The translations under genes and the position numbers were made by a program. From positions 374,296 to 438,295 of the forward strand of contig JBMNHG010000002.1 of assembly GCA_050950285.1 (NCBI GenBank): a DNA stretch of 64,000 bases, given 5' to 3'. The DNA is from Kiritimatiellia bacterium. Its GTDB lineage: Bacteria; Verrucomicrobiota; Kiritimatiellia; RFP12; JBMNHG01. The notes under the pieces were generated by a model. The model ran no database searches, had not been told where the DNA came from, and saw only the letters and a list, made by a program, of their open reading frames with translations. Shown in pieces: positions 1-9,532 of the stretch; positions within the stretch are counted from its first letter, which is position 1; the number at the start of each line of letters is the position of its first letter.

Positions 1-2089
1 AACCAGGTTGTTTTGACGGCTTGGAGGTTGAAGCATGGCCTGCTCTTTGAGAGAATCCGCCCTGCGGCCGAAACGGTACCCGCTTGACGGGTGCCGGAAC
101 GACAGGGATGTCCGGCGCAGCCTGCTGCGGCGTCTGTCGCGCGCCCTTTGCGATGGAGAGTGTTCGGTGAAGAAGAGCCAATCGGCTGGCGGAGACGGGA
201 GCGGCCATGAACGCGGATGATCCCCACGCCGCCATCCGGGCGGACAACGCCCCGCCCGTTCCGGTCATTCCGGACCATACCCTGCTGCGGATCATCGGCC
301 GAGGCAGCTATGGCGAGGTCTGGCTGGCAAGGAACAACGCGATCAACCACTACCGCGCTGTGAAGGTCGTCTATCGGTCGCAATTTGACTCCAGCGAGCC
401 TTTTGACCGCGAGTTTGCCGGGCTGCAGCGCTACGAGCCCATTTCCCGCGGGCATTCGGGGCTGGTCGGCATCCTGCACGTCGGCGTGAACGAGGAGGCG
501 GGATATTTCTACTACATCATGGAGCTGGCGGACGACCAGCGCTCGCGTCAATCCTTCGACCCGGCCACCTACACCCCGACCACCCTGCACGCCGTGCAGC
601 GCAGTCGCGGGCGCCTGCCGCTGGCGGAGTGCCGTGAAATCGGCCTGATGCTTTCAGACGCCCTCGACCACCTCCACCGGCAGGCGCTTGTACACCGCGA
701 CATCAAGCCGCACAACATCATCCTTGTCGATGGCGCGCCCAAGCTGGCGGACATCGGTCTGGTCTCGACCGTGGACAAGGCGCGCTCGTTTGTCGGCACG
801 GAGGGCTACGTGCCCCCGGAAGGGCCGGGAACGCCGCAGGCGGACATCTATGCGCTCGGCAAGGTGCTCTATGAAATCAGCACGGGCAAGGACCGCCTGA
901 GCTACCCCGAACTGCCGGACGACATCGAGGCCATCCCCGATCGCAAGCAGTGGCTGGAGTTCAATGCCATTGTTCTGCATGCCTGTTCCGACAACCTCGC
1001 GCTGCGCTATCAGAATGCAAGTCAGCTCCATGAGGATATCGTGCGGAGCGCATGCGGGAAGGCGCCCCGCCTGCCGCGGGCCCGGCGGCGCACGCCACGG
1101 GTTGCCGCAGCAGCCGTAGGAGGCGTTCTCGGACTCGTGGTGGCGGCGCTCGTCCAATACCGGCTACAGTCCGCCGCCGGGATCAAGCTGGCCTGGGCGA
1201 CTCCCCCGGGCTTCCGAAGCGCCTTTGTCGGCAACGTCCTGGGGGATGGCCGGCCGGAACTGGTGGCCGGGGACGGCACGGGCGCCGTCGTTTTTTCACC
1301 CGGAGGCGAGCGCCTTGCGGGGCTGCCGGACATCGGCGACGTCCGATATCTCGGCGACGTGGATTCGGACGGATACGTAGAAATCTTTGCCGCCAGCCAC
1401 CCCCGGCAGGGGTGGGAAATCCTGCGGGCCTGCACGGCGGAAGGCAGGGTCGTCCAGGCCTTCGCCGTGCGCGCCGCGCCCGACACCAGCGTGCATCCGT
1501 TCCATATCGAGGACATTGACCGCGACGGCCGCAAGGAGATCCTGACCATGATTTTCTCGGCCTATTCGCGCGGTCCGCGCGGCATTGTCATTTTCGATGC
1601 GACGACGGGCAAGGAAAAGGGCCGATTCGAGATCGGGCCCGGCATCGCCCCCTTCCCATGGGTCGGCTACGTGTTCGGCAGCCAGCAGAAACGCATTGTC
1701 TTCGGGAGCACGGGGGTCGCCAACGGCCGGACGGGGGCGGATGGTTCCAACGACGAGTCCTCGTACCTTTGGTGCCTGGATTCCAGGGGGGATGTCGTAT
1801 GGCGTCGCGGGCCGTTCCATTCCGGGGGCTTCTTCAACTGCGACATGGCCGTTCCCGGCGGCAGGCAGGATCACACGCGGTACGTGGCCGTGAGTCTGCG
1901 CGAGCATGGGATGTACGAGTGGGAGGGGCGCATCGGTACGATCAAGCTCCTCGACATTACCGATGGAACCGAGATTCCCAACGCCACCCGCGCCTTCGGC
2001 GAGCCTGTCCGCATCCTCAACGCCGGGGACTATGCTTCCGACGGTAGCGTATCCCTTCTAGTCCTGCACGAGGATCAACGGCAGCGCCG

Positions 2090-3242
2090 CTACTGCCCTG
2101 TCCCGCAAATGGGGTTGTCTAATTGCGTCTCCGCGAGTTTCTGTCTGGCGCGCCGTATCTTTTCCAGGATCGCCCTGCCATCCGCCCTCCAGACATACCG
2201 TTTCGGCTCCAGATTGTGCGCGGCGATGTAATCCAGTATGCGTTGCGCGAGCTCCCTGACGCTGCCGAAGCTGTCGTTGAGCAGCGCCTGCTGCGTGATG
2301 TCGCCGAAGAAGCGCTCGACCAGGTTGAGCCAGCTGCTTGACGTCGGCGTGAAGTGCGTGACGAAGCGTTTCACGCCGTGCCGCTTCTCGTACGCGGCGT
2401 TCCGCCTCTCCATCCAGGATGTGACTTCCTCCTTCTTGTGCGTGGCGTAAGTTGTCGAGGATCAGGTGCAGCGTCACGCCCGCGGGGCACTCGCGGTCGA
2501 TCTGCTTCAGGAAGAGCAGCCACTCCTTGTGGGTGTGGTTCTCCCCGAGACGCCCGACCACCTTGCCGTCCAGATAGTTCAGGGCGGCGAAAAGCGTGAG
2601 CGTGCCGTGCCGGATGTAGTCGTGCGTGAAGGTCTTCGCATGGCCGGACACCAGCGGAAGCGCCCGCTGCGTGCGTTCCAGCGCCTGGCACTGGCTCTTC
2701 TCGTCGCAGCACAGGACGAGAGCGCGCTCCGGCGGATCCAGATACAGCCCGACCACGTCCCAGAACTTCCGCTCGAAATCCGGGTCGTCGGACAGCTTGA
2801 ACCCCTTCTTCAGGTGCGGCTTGAGGTCGTTCGCGCGCCAGATGCGGCTCACGCTGCTGCGCGACACGCCGGATTCCCGCGCCATCGTGCGTACCGACCA
2901 GCGGGCATGGCCCTTCGGCGGCCGGTTCACGCGGGTGATCACGGTCTCGACGCGCGACGGATCGAGGTACGGCTTCCGCCCGCGACCCGGCGCATCCTTC
3001 AGGCCGGCAAGTCCCTCCCTGCGGAACCGCGCCGTCCAGCGGGAGACGCACGCCTCGCTGCAGCCCAGCGATTCCGCCGCCTCGGCCTGGCCCATCGCCG
3101 CCCGCTTCAGGACGATGGAGGCGCGGAGGCTGTCCCGCTTGCTCGCCGTCGGCGCCTTGATCCGCCGTTCCAGCTCGGCACGATCCTCGTCGGACAGCGA
3201 AAGGAGCGATATGGGGCGCCCCGGTTTCCGGTTCTTTTTCAT
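2090..3242 (-). CDS. IS630 transposase (HTH + DDE), split by a +1 frameshift at ~2449
   Basis: Motifs LCCDEKSQCQAL, HDYIRHGT, LILDN(YATHK) and HFTPTSSSWLNLVERFF. ORFs 2058..3278 and 2090..2413 join if one base is removed in ctcgacaacttacgcc. Confidence 0.9.
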
Positions 3243-3300
3243 GCCGCACATCATAGCATGCCGGCCAGACTTTTGCAAGCCTATTTTCGGGACAGGGCAC
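2093..3300 (-). mobile_element. IS630-family insertion sequence (1208 bp) with imperfect terminal inverted repeats and a TA target duplication
   Basis: Left end TA|CTGCCCTGTCCCGCAAATGGGGTTG matches the reverse complement of the right end TA|GTGCCCTGTCCCGAAAATAGGCTTG; TA at 2091-2092 and 3301-3302. Confidence 0.95.
3250..3278 (-). promoter_or_regulatory. Sigma70-like promoter of the IS630 transposase
   Basis: Minus strand TTGCAA-17 nt-TATGAT, then 7 nt to the ATG at 3242; the -35 box overlaps the inner end of the TIR. Confidence 0.6.
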
Positions 3301-3845
3301 TACCTGCTGCGATTGCTGGATGTCGCTCCGAACCTGCCCGACCTCCATGTCCTCGACGTCGGTGCGGTCATGCCGCGGGCGGTCCGGGGTGGCCGACATC
3401 AACGGCGACGGCAGGGCGGAAGTCGTGTTCATTACAGGCGACACCCTGCGGATCATCGGCAGCGAGCTCCAGCCGCTGGTATCGTGGCAGCGTCCGGGAG
3501 GCGCCTGGAGCTCCGTCAACGACATCCTGGTGGCCGATGTCACCGGGGACGGGATCAAGGAAGTCGTGGTCGCATCCGGCCCCGGCGATGCCGATTCGCG
3601 CGTTGAGGTCTTCACGGTACGCCTGCCCGTTGCAGCGCGGCGAAAGGGAATCGTTGTGCCCTCCTTTCCGAGGAAAGCCGCACCGCAGCGATTTTTCCAT
3701 GCAGACGACAAAAGTTGGAAAGAAAGGGACGAGAAATGAATCGTGCAACCGGGAAGACGTGTCCGAAAGGTCCGGCTCGAGGCGGATCGCCGGCGCGGCG
3801 TGGTCCACTTCGAGCAATAACAGGGTTCGTCAAGGAGGATGACAC

Positions 3846-4451
3846 ATGGACATTCCACACGATTGGTTGAATTGGATCATCGGCTTGGGCATTCCGGTCG
3901 GTTGCATCCAGTGTTTCTTTGGCTTCCGCATCTTCAAAATCATCCTCGGCCTCATGGGCTTTCTGATGGGCGCCTTGCTCGCCGGTTTCCTGGGCTCGAT
4001 GGTTTCCCAAGATGGAATGGTGGTCTTGCTGACGGCGCTTGCGGGCGGGCTGATCGGTTCGATGCTGATGGTTGCGCTCTATGTCGTCGGGATTTTTCTG
4101 ATGGGCGCCTTTCTCGGAGGCATGCTGGGCGTTGCGCTCGCCTCTGCCGCGCAAAGCGACCCCGAGCCTGCCACGCTGCTGATCCTCGCCGTCATTGGAG
4201 GGGTGCTTGCCGTGATCTTCCAGAAGTTCATGATCATCGTCTCCACGGGGTTTGGCGGTTCTTGGAACGTCGTGACCGGAATTGCCTACTTCACCATCGG
4301 GGGCATGGCGACAGACAGCATCGAACAGATCATCCGATCGGGTGGCAGCCAGAATTACGCCATGCTTTTGTGCTGGATCGTCCTGGGTCTTTCCGGCGTG
4401 GCCGTCCAATACAAGATGTTGCCGACAGGAAGAAGCGAGAAGGGAGAGTAA
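3846..4451 (+). CDS. Multi-pass membrane protein (DUF4203/TMEM198-like)
   Basis: About 7 Gly-rich hydrophobic segments; CFFGFRIFK near the N-terminus; AGGAGG SD at 3833-3838. Confidence 0.7.
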   Translation: MDIPHDWLNWIIGLGIPVGCIQCFFGFRIFKIILGLMGFLMGALLAGFLGSMVSQDGMVVLLTALAGGLIGSMLMVALYVVGIFLMGAFLGGMLGVALASAAQSDPEPATLLILAVIGGVLAVIFQKFMIIVSTGFGGSWNVVTGIAYFTIGGMATDSIEQIIRSGGSQNYAMLLCWIVLGLSGVAVQYKMLPTGRSEKGE

Positions 4452-4455
4452 ACCC

Positions 4456-5001
4456 ATGAAAACCGAAAAAAAGACAACCACGAATTTTGGAGGTTTGCCT
4501 GTCCGGCCGAAGCCGGGGCGGTTCCGCTCGATGGCGGGTGTTGTGGCGTTCGCGGCCGTGCTGGCCGGGCTTTTCCTGGGCACGGGATGCGAAAGCGACG
4601 ACGATGCCCCCGAGCCGCAGAACTCGCCGGTGGCCGAAGAGGACATCCCCGCCGGGTCGGCCTACGACAACGAGAGCGTCACGGTGTTCACCGGGCGCGT
4701 GATGAGCGAGGTGGGCGGCGGCATCGGCGGCGTCAACGTCACCTGGTCGCCGGTGCAGTACAACAGCGGCGACTCCACCCTCAACACCGACACGTCGGTC
4801 AGCGTCTCGTCCGACACCACGGGGCCGGACGGCTTTTTTGCCGTCTCCGTGGGCTGGGACCGCGATTACGGCTACGGCGCCATCGCCGGCCGGATCGTCA
4901 TCACCCGCCCGGGGTACCCCGCGCAGGAGACCGCCACCATCGGCCCCACCACCGCCTCCTCCTACTCCATCGGCGAACTCTATCCCGGCTGGATGCCGTG
5001 A
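4456..5001 (+). CDS. Hypothetical lipoprotein
   Basis: Basic N-terminus, hydrophobic stretch and lipobox-like LGTG-C, followed by an acidic linker and a beta-rich domain. Confidence 0.6.
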   Translation: MKTEKKTTTNFGGLPVRPKPGRFRSMAGVVAFAAVLAGLFLGTGCESDDDAPEPQNSPVAEEDIPAGSAYDNESVTVFTGRVMSEVGGGIGGVNVTWSPVQYNSGDSTLNTDTSVSVSSDTTGPDGFFAVSVGWDRDYGYGAIAGRIVITRPGYPAQETATIGPTTASSYSIGELYPGWMP

Positions 5002-5084
5002 GGGGAATGGAATGAATAATGCGGCCACAAATAGCGCTGCGCGCGGGGATTTAGGCATTGGAAGCTGGAATTTGGAGTTGGAAG

Positions 5085-5135
5085 AGGGGCACGGACATTC
5101 CTGTCCGTGTCACGGGTTGGAAAACCCGTGCCCCT
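5085..5135. repeat. REP-like double-hairpin palindrome
   Basis: AGGGG-[CACGGACA ttcc TGTCCGTG]-T-[CACGGGTT ggaa AACCCGTG]-CCCCT: two perfect 8-bp stems closed by an outer stem. Confidence 0.7.
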
Positions 5136-5186
5136 GTTTTGCAGTATGAATTGCGGCCGAGTTAGGAATAATGCGGAGAATGCGAC

Positions 5187-6203
5187 ATGAGAAAGACGTT
5201 GAACGATCTGGATGAGGCGAAACGCTGGTTTAGGGAAGCGCAGTTCGGGCTCTTTGTCCACTGGGGGCTCTACTCGATTCTGGGCGGGGAGTGGCGGGGA
5301 AGGCCGGTACGCTGGCTCGGCGAGTGGATCATGCATACGGCCAGAATCCCCGTCCGGGAATATGAGCCGCTTGCCAGGCTGTTCAATCCCACCCGGTTCG
5401 ATGCGCGGGAGTGGGTGCGGATGGCCGAGGACGCGGGCATGCGCTACATGGTCTTCACGGCCAAGCACCACGAGGGGTTTGCCATGTTCCGCTCGCGGGC
5501 CGATGCCTTCAACATTGTCGATGGCTCCCCGTTCGGGCGGGATCCCGTCGCGGAACTCGCGGAGGCTTGCGCTGATTCGTCTGTGCGGCTGGCGCTCTAC
5601 TACTCACAGGCGCAGGATTGGCATGAGCCGCACGCCGGAACAGGGGAATATGACCAGGGATATGGCAACACCTGGGATTTCGGCCAGGGCACACCCGAAG
5701 GCTTCCAGGAGTATATGGAACGCAAGGCGCTGCCGCAGATCAGGGAGTTGCTTACGCAGTACGGCCCCATCGCCATGCTGTGGTTCGACAACCCCATTGC
5801 CAGCTTTACGCGCCAACATGCCGAAACGGTGAAGCAGCTTGTGCGCTCGTTGCAGCCGGAATGCCTGATCAGCGCGCGCATCGGGCACGGCATAGGCGAC
5901 ATCCGGGGCTTCGGCGACAATGTGGTGCCGGAAGGGGCGATGAACTGTCCGGCCGAGGCATGTGTGACCATGAATGACACATGGGGCTACAAGAAGGAGG
6001 GAGGACGATGGAAGTCCAATGAGGAGCTTCTGGCGCTCAGGCAGCAGGCCGCCGCCCGTGGCTGCAACCTTTTGCTGAACGTCGGGCCGATGGCCGACGG
6101 CCGGTTTCCCCCCGAGGCTGTCGAGCGGCTCGAATACTTCGCCCGGCAGCTTTCCGGTGGCGGAGAGGAGAAGAAGCAGGTTTTGGGGGGTGGGCTTTCG
6201 TAG
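5187..6203 (+). CDS. Alpha-L-fucosidase, GH29
   Basis: WFREAQFGLFVHWGLYS, FTAKHHEGF, LWFD (nucleophile region), WGY and LLLNVGP motifs; no signal peptide. Confidence 0.9.
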   Translation: MRKTLNDLDEAKRWFREAQFGLFVHWGLYSILGGEWRGRPVRWLGEWIMHTARIPVREYEPLARLFNPTRFDAREWVRMAEDAGMRYMVFTAKHHEGFAMFRSRADAFNIVDGSPFGRDPVAELAEACADSSVRLALYYSQAQDWHEPHAGTGEYDQGYGNTWDFGQGTPEGFQEYMERKALPQIRELLTQYGPIAMLWFDNPIASFTRQHAETVKQLVRSLQPECLISARIGHGIGDIRGFGDNVVPEGAMNCPAEACVTMNDTWGYKKEGGRWKSNEELLALRQQAAARGCNLLLNVGPMADGRFPPEAVERLEYFARQLSGGGEEKKQVLGGGLS

Positions 6204-6225
6204 ACGCGGCGGAATCAGCCTTAAT

Positions 6226-6270
6226 CCCCGGGGCTTCACCTGGGCTGGGATGGGGCGCGCCGTTGGCGCT
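6226..6270. repeat. REP-like element
   Basis: CCCCGGGGCTTCACCTGGGCTGGGATGGGGCGCGCCGTTGGCGCT: GC-rich palindromic intergenic unit resembling RAYT-associated REPs (recalled resemblance). Confidence 0.45.
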
Positions 6271-6280
6271 GTCGTATTCG

Positions 6281-6341
6281 GTCTGACGAGTCTGACGAGT
6301 CCGACAGGTCCGACAGGTCTGACTTGTCCGACTTGTCCGAC
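6281..6341. repeat. Tandem 9-bp repeat GTCYGACNN, 7 units
   Basis: gtctgacga gtctgacga gtccgacag gtccgacag gtctgactt gtccgactt gtccgac. Confidence 0.9.
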
Positions 6342-6589
6342 CCTCATGGTCCACCGGAACCGACGGCTTTCGCTGCTGGAGGGACGACCAGCGTGTCGTC
6401 CGCCTGTATCATGCAGAAGCCGCTCAAAAGCAAGTGCGAAGCACCCGCTTAAACCCCGCACTTAATCGCACCGCTACTGCCGACAGCGAAAGGAAAATCG
6501 TGGATGGAAGAAAGCTCGCTCATTCCGATACCGCCGTGCTGGCGGTTTGTCTTTCATGAAAAGCCGACGTGCGGGGGAAGGCAATGAAA

Positions 6590-6963
6590 GCGGCCTGGCG
6601 GATCTTCTGGCCGCGCTTCAGCGGCTCGGCGAGGAAGCGGCCGCTCATTTCGGCCGGGTTCTTCCCGTGGCGTTGAATGCGTTTGAGCACACGGTCGTCG
6701 TAACCCACGTCCCTCCCTTCCTCGAGGCCTCGTGGCACGATGGACGCTTCTGCGATCCCGACTGGCTGCCTTTCTTCACTTGCAAAGCGGTTGGCGACGT
6801 CCTCTCCAGATTCATGATGCAACACCCGGCCCGGCGGATGACCGTCCTTTGCGGACACACGCATGGAGGGGGCACTTCCCGTATCCTGCCCAATTTGATT
6901 GCGGTGACGGGCTCGGCCGAGTATGGGAACCCTGCGATCCAGGCGGTCTATGACTGGAATTAG
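6590..6963 (+). pseudogene. C-terminal fragment of a calcineurin-like metallophosphoesterase
   Basis: VVTHVPPF and LCGHTH motifs are present; the N-terminal DxH/GD/GNH motifs are missing and no upstream ORF supplies them. Confidence 0.65.
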
Positions 6964-7170
6964 CCGTTGTTTCAATGGCATCTGGGAGATCGATCCACGC
7001 TGCGAATGCCGGGTTGCACTTCGATCCTGGGGGTGGCCACTTTCCCCTTGAAGGATGCGAATGCCCCCGGGTATGATGCGACATGATGAAAGGGGTCATT
7101 CCGCCCGCAACGCTCCTGATGCTGCGATAAGGCCCTCTCCCCCGCAAGCACCCGACACCGCGCCGACTTC

Positions 7171-7548
7171 ATGAACGACATCTTGGCCATCGACAATCTC
7201 GCCGTGGAATGCATCCTCGGCGCCTATCCCGAAGAGAGGGGCACGCCGCGTACCGTGTTCGTGACGGTGGAACTGGCCGCCGACCTGTCTCCTGCGGCAC
7301 GCGGCGACGCCCTCGAGGACGCCATCGACTACCACGCCCTGTCGAAGCGTATCGCGCAGATCGCGCGGGAAGGGAGATTCCACCTGGTCGAAACCCTTGC
7401 CTGCGCACTGGCGGAGGAGTGCCTGCGCGACACGCGGGTGGCCGAAGCGGCGGTGACCGTGCGCAAGCCCGGCGTCCCGCCCGGCGCGGAAGGCGCTCGC
7501 GCTTGCGTTCGCCGTTCCCGTGACCCGCATCTGCGGCCGTCCGTGTGA
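7171..7548 (+). CDS. folB: Dihydroneopterin aldolase
   Basis: ILGAYPEER, DALEDAIDY, FHLVETLA and VTVRKP motifs. Confidence 0.9.
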   Translation: MNDILAIDNLAVECILGAYPEERGTPRTVFVTVELAADLSPAARGDALEDAIDYHALSKRIAQIAREGRFHLVETLACALAEECLRDTRVAEAAVTVRKPGVPPGAEGARACVRRSRDPHLRPSV

Positions 7549-7575
7549 CTTGGCGAAAGCTAAGATTCTTCCCGC

Positions 7576-7604
7576 TTGCGGAATGCCAGGGGGTCTGCTA
7601 TCCT
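7576..7604 (+). promoter_or_regulatory. Sigma70-like promoter upstream of the ferredoxin gene
   Basis: TTGCGG-17 nt-TATCCT with extended TG. Confidence 0.5.
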
Positions 7605-7669
7605 GCGTCCCCAAATCAGGGATGAGAGGTGCAATGACGCATCTGGATCCCCCTTTGGAGAAACGTGAC

Positions 7670-7840
7670 ATGGCCTATACCATCAATGACAAATGCGTGA
7701 AATGCGGTACCTGTGCGGACACCTGCCCGGTCGAGGCGATCAGCGAAGGCGACGAGACCTATGAAATCGACGCCGACAAGTGCGTCGAGTGCGGCGCGTG
7801 CGCCGGCAGCTGCCCGGTCGAAGCGATCGAAGCTCCCTGA
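7670..7840 (+). CDS. 2[4Fe-4S] ferredoxin (56 aa)
   Basis: Two CxxCxxCxxxCP motifs (CVKCGTCADTCP, CVECGACAGSCP); GGAG SD upstream. Confidence 0.95.
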   Translation: MAYTINDKCVKCGTCADTCPVEAISEGDETYEIDADKCVECGACAGSCPVEAIEAP

Positions 7841-7947
7841 ATGATGACGATGGTCCCTGGGGCCGTCCGGGCACCCCCGGACACCCAGGTCCATCACGCT
7901 TCCCCCACCCCACCCTAAACACCTTTCCATCCATAAAGGGAGTTGCG

Positions 7948-8979
7948 ATGTCCAAAACCCCAAAGACGTTCGCCGGTCGATCACTGGCCAAAAAGGCTTC
8001 GGATAAGTCAGTGAAGCCCGTACCCAAGGCTCCCGCAAAGACGCCCGTGAAGCCCCCCGCGAAAGGTGCGAAGGCATCCGTGACGGTCTCGGCGAGAAGT
8101 GCGAAGGCAACCGTGAAGACGCCGGCCAAGGCGGCCCCCAAGGCGACGGCAAAGGCGGCGGCGGAAAAGCCGGCGAAGGCGCCGGCCAAGGCAGCCCCCA
8201 AGGCTCCGGCCAAGGCGGCCGTGAAGGCCGCGGCGAAGCCAGCACCCCAAGCGCCGGCGAAAGCAACCGCAAAAACGGCCGCGAAAGCAACCGTGAAGAC
8301 CACCCCCACGACACCGGCGAAAGCGACGGCCAAGGCGGCGGCAAAGCCGGCAAAGGCTCCTGTCAAGCCGACGAAGGCGCCGACAAAGCCCGCAGCAAAG
8401 GCGCCCGCAAAGGCGGCCCCCAAGGCGCCGGCCAAGCCCGCAGCGAAGGCGCCCGCGAAGACGCCCGCAAAGGCACCCGCGAAGGCTGCGGCGAAGCCCG
8501 CACCCAAGACGGTGGCGAAGCCCGCACCCAAGGCGCCGGTGAAGAAGGCAGCCGTGAAGGCTCCGGCGAAATCCACCTCCAGGAAGCCCGCCAAGCACAC
8601 CTTCGGGAAGAAGGATCTGAATGCCTTCCGCATCGATCTTCTGGCGATGCGCCATGAACTCGAAGCGAGGGTTCGCGAGATGCGCACGGGAGCACTCGTC
8701 CGCCATGACGAAGTGAATCCGGAAGAGGATGGATCGGACATCGCCGAACGCCTGCAGACCCTCATGCTGGCGAACGATGCCTCCCAGTTGATCCACAAGA
8801 TCAACTCCGCCCTCCACGACATCATGAACGGCTCCTACGGCGTCTGCGAAGAGTGCGGCGATCTCATCGGCAAGGAACGCCTGCACGCCCTTCCCTTCGC
8901 CCGCACCTGCATCGAGTGCCAGACCCTCATCGAACGGAACAGGCCGAAACGTTCGTCCGTCAACTGGTCGGAGATTTAG
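7948..8979 (+). CDS. dksA: DksA/TraR-family C4 zinc-finger protein with a long Ala/Lys/Pro-rich N-terminal extension
   Basis: DGSDIA (DxxDxA) coiled-coil tip, GSYGVCEECG, ERLHALPFARTCIEC; AAGGGAG SD; adjacent to lspA. Confidence 0.85.
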   Translation: MSKTPKTFAGRSLAKKASDKSVKPVPKAPAKTPVKPPAKGAKASVTVSARSAKATVKTPAKAAPKATAKAAAEKPAKAPAKAAPKAPAKAAVKAAAKPAPQAPAKATAKTAAKATVKTTPTTPAKATAKAAAKPAKAPVKPTKAPTKPAAKAPAKAAPKAPAKPAAKAPAKTPAKAPAKAAAKPAPKTVAKPAPKAPVKKAAVKAPAKSTSRKPAKHTFGKKDLNAFRIDLLAMRHELEARVREMRTGALVRHDEVNPEEDGSDIAERLQTLMLANDASQLIHKINSALHDIMNGSYGVCEECGDLIGKERLHALPFARTCIECQTLIERNRPKRSSVNWSEI

Positions 8980-9000
8980 CGGCGCGCCGCGTTTCCGGCC

Positions 9001-9510
9001 ATGCTCGCCCTCCTTCTTTCGAGCGGAATCGTCCTCCTGGATCAGGCCACGAAGGCTTGGATCCGGAGGACGTTCGTTTTGAATGGCGGCATCGCCATCC
9101 TGCCCGGACTTTTCAACCTGTGCTACGTCGAGAACAAAGGCGCCGCATGGGGCATCTTTTCAGGGAAAAGCCTCTTCCTGATCGTCTTCTCCGTGGCGAT
9201 GCTCTCGCTGATCGTCCTTTTCCGGCGCAAGATCTTCGACCCCATCCCCGGAGGCCGCATTTGCCTCGGGCTCCTCAGCGGCGGCATCATCGGGAACTTG
9301 ATCGACCGCGTTCGCTTCGGGCATGTGGTCGACTTCCTCGACTTCCACTGGCGCGCGCACCACTTCCCCGCCTTCAACGTTGCGGACAGCGCGATCTGCA
9401 TCGCAACCGGATTGTTCCTCGCAGGCACCCTCCTCGCCGATCGCAGGGAAAAGGCCCGGAAAGCCGAAGGTGCCGAGGCGCCGAACCCTCCCGGCGACGC
9501 TGGAAACTGA
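9001..9510 (+). CDS. lspA: Lipoprotein signal peptidase II
   Basis: DQATK, NKGAAWG, GNLIDRV, VVDF and FNVADSAI motifs. Confidence 0.95.
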   Translation: MLALLLSSGIVLLDQATKAWIRRTFVLNGGIAILPGLFNLCYVENKGAAWGIFSGKSLFLIVFSVAMLSLIVLFRRKIFDPIPGGRICLGLLSGGIIGNLIDRVRFGHVVDFLDFHWRAHHFPAFNVADSAICIATGLFLAGTLLADRREKARKAEGAEAPNPPGDAGN

Positions 9511-9532
9511 TTTCCCCCGTCTTTCCGCCGCC

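Larger units (their letters stand above)
207..3739 (+). pseudogene. Membrane-anchored Ser/Thr protein kinase with C-terminal FG-GAP-like repeats, interrupted by IS630 (2093-3300) and with a further +1 frameshift near 3370-3390
   Basis: Kinase motifs IGRGSYGEVW, AVK, HRDIKPHN, DIG and GTEGYVPPE; TM stretch VAAAAVGGVLGLVVAALV; repeats such as GDVDSDGYVEI and EDIDRDGRKEI. Removing the IS restores ...QRRY|LLRLLDVAPNLP in frame. The last repeats (ADINGDGRAEV, ADVTGDGIKEV) are in the next frame, ending at 3739. Confidence 0.85.

Noticed and set aside
1..220. 3' end of an ECF sigma factor gene upstream of the kinase
   Set aside because: Plausible from context, but the visible fragment is too short to support the call.
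2440..2460. Programmed frameshift in the IS630 transposase
   Set aside because: The shift is +1, lies inside the catalytic DNY motif and has no slippery A-run; it fits the window-wide insertion pattern.
6281..6341. Possible CRISPR array
   Set aside because: Units are 9 bp with no unique spacers, and no cas genes are present in the window.
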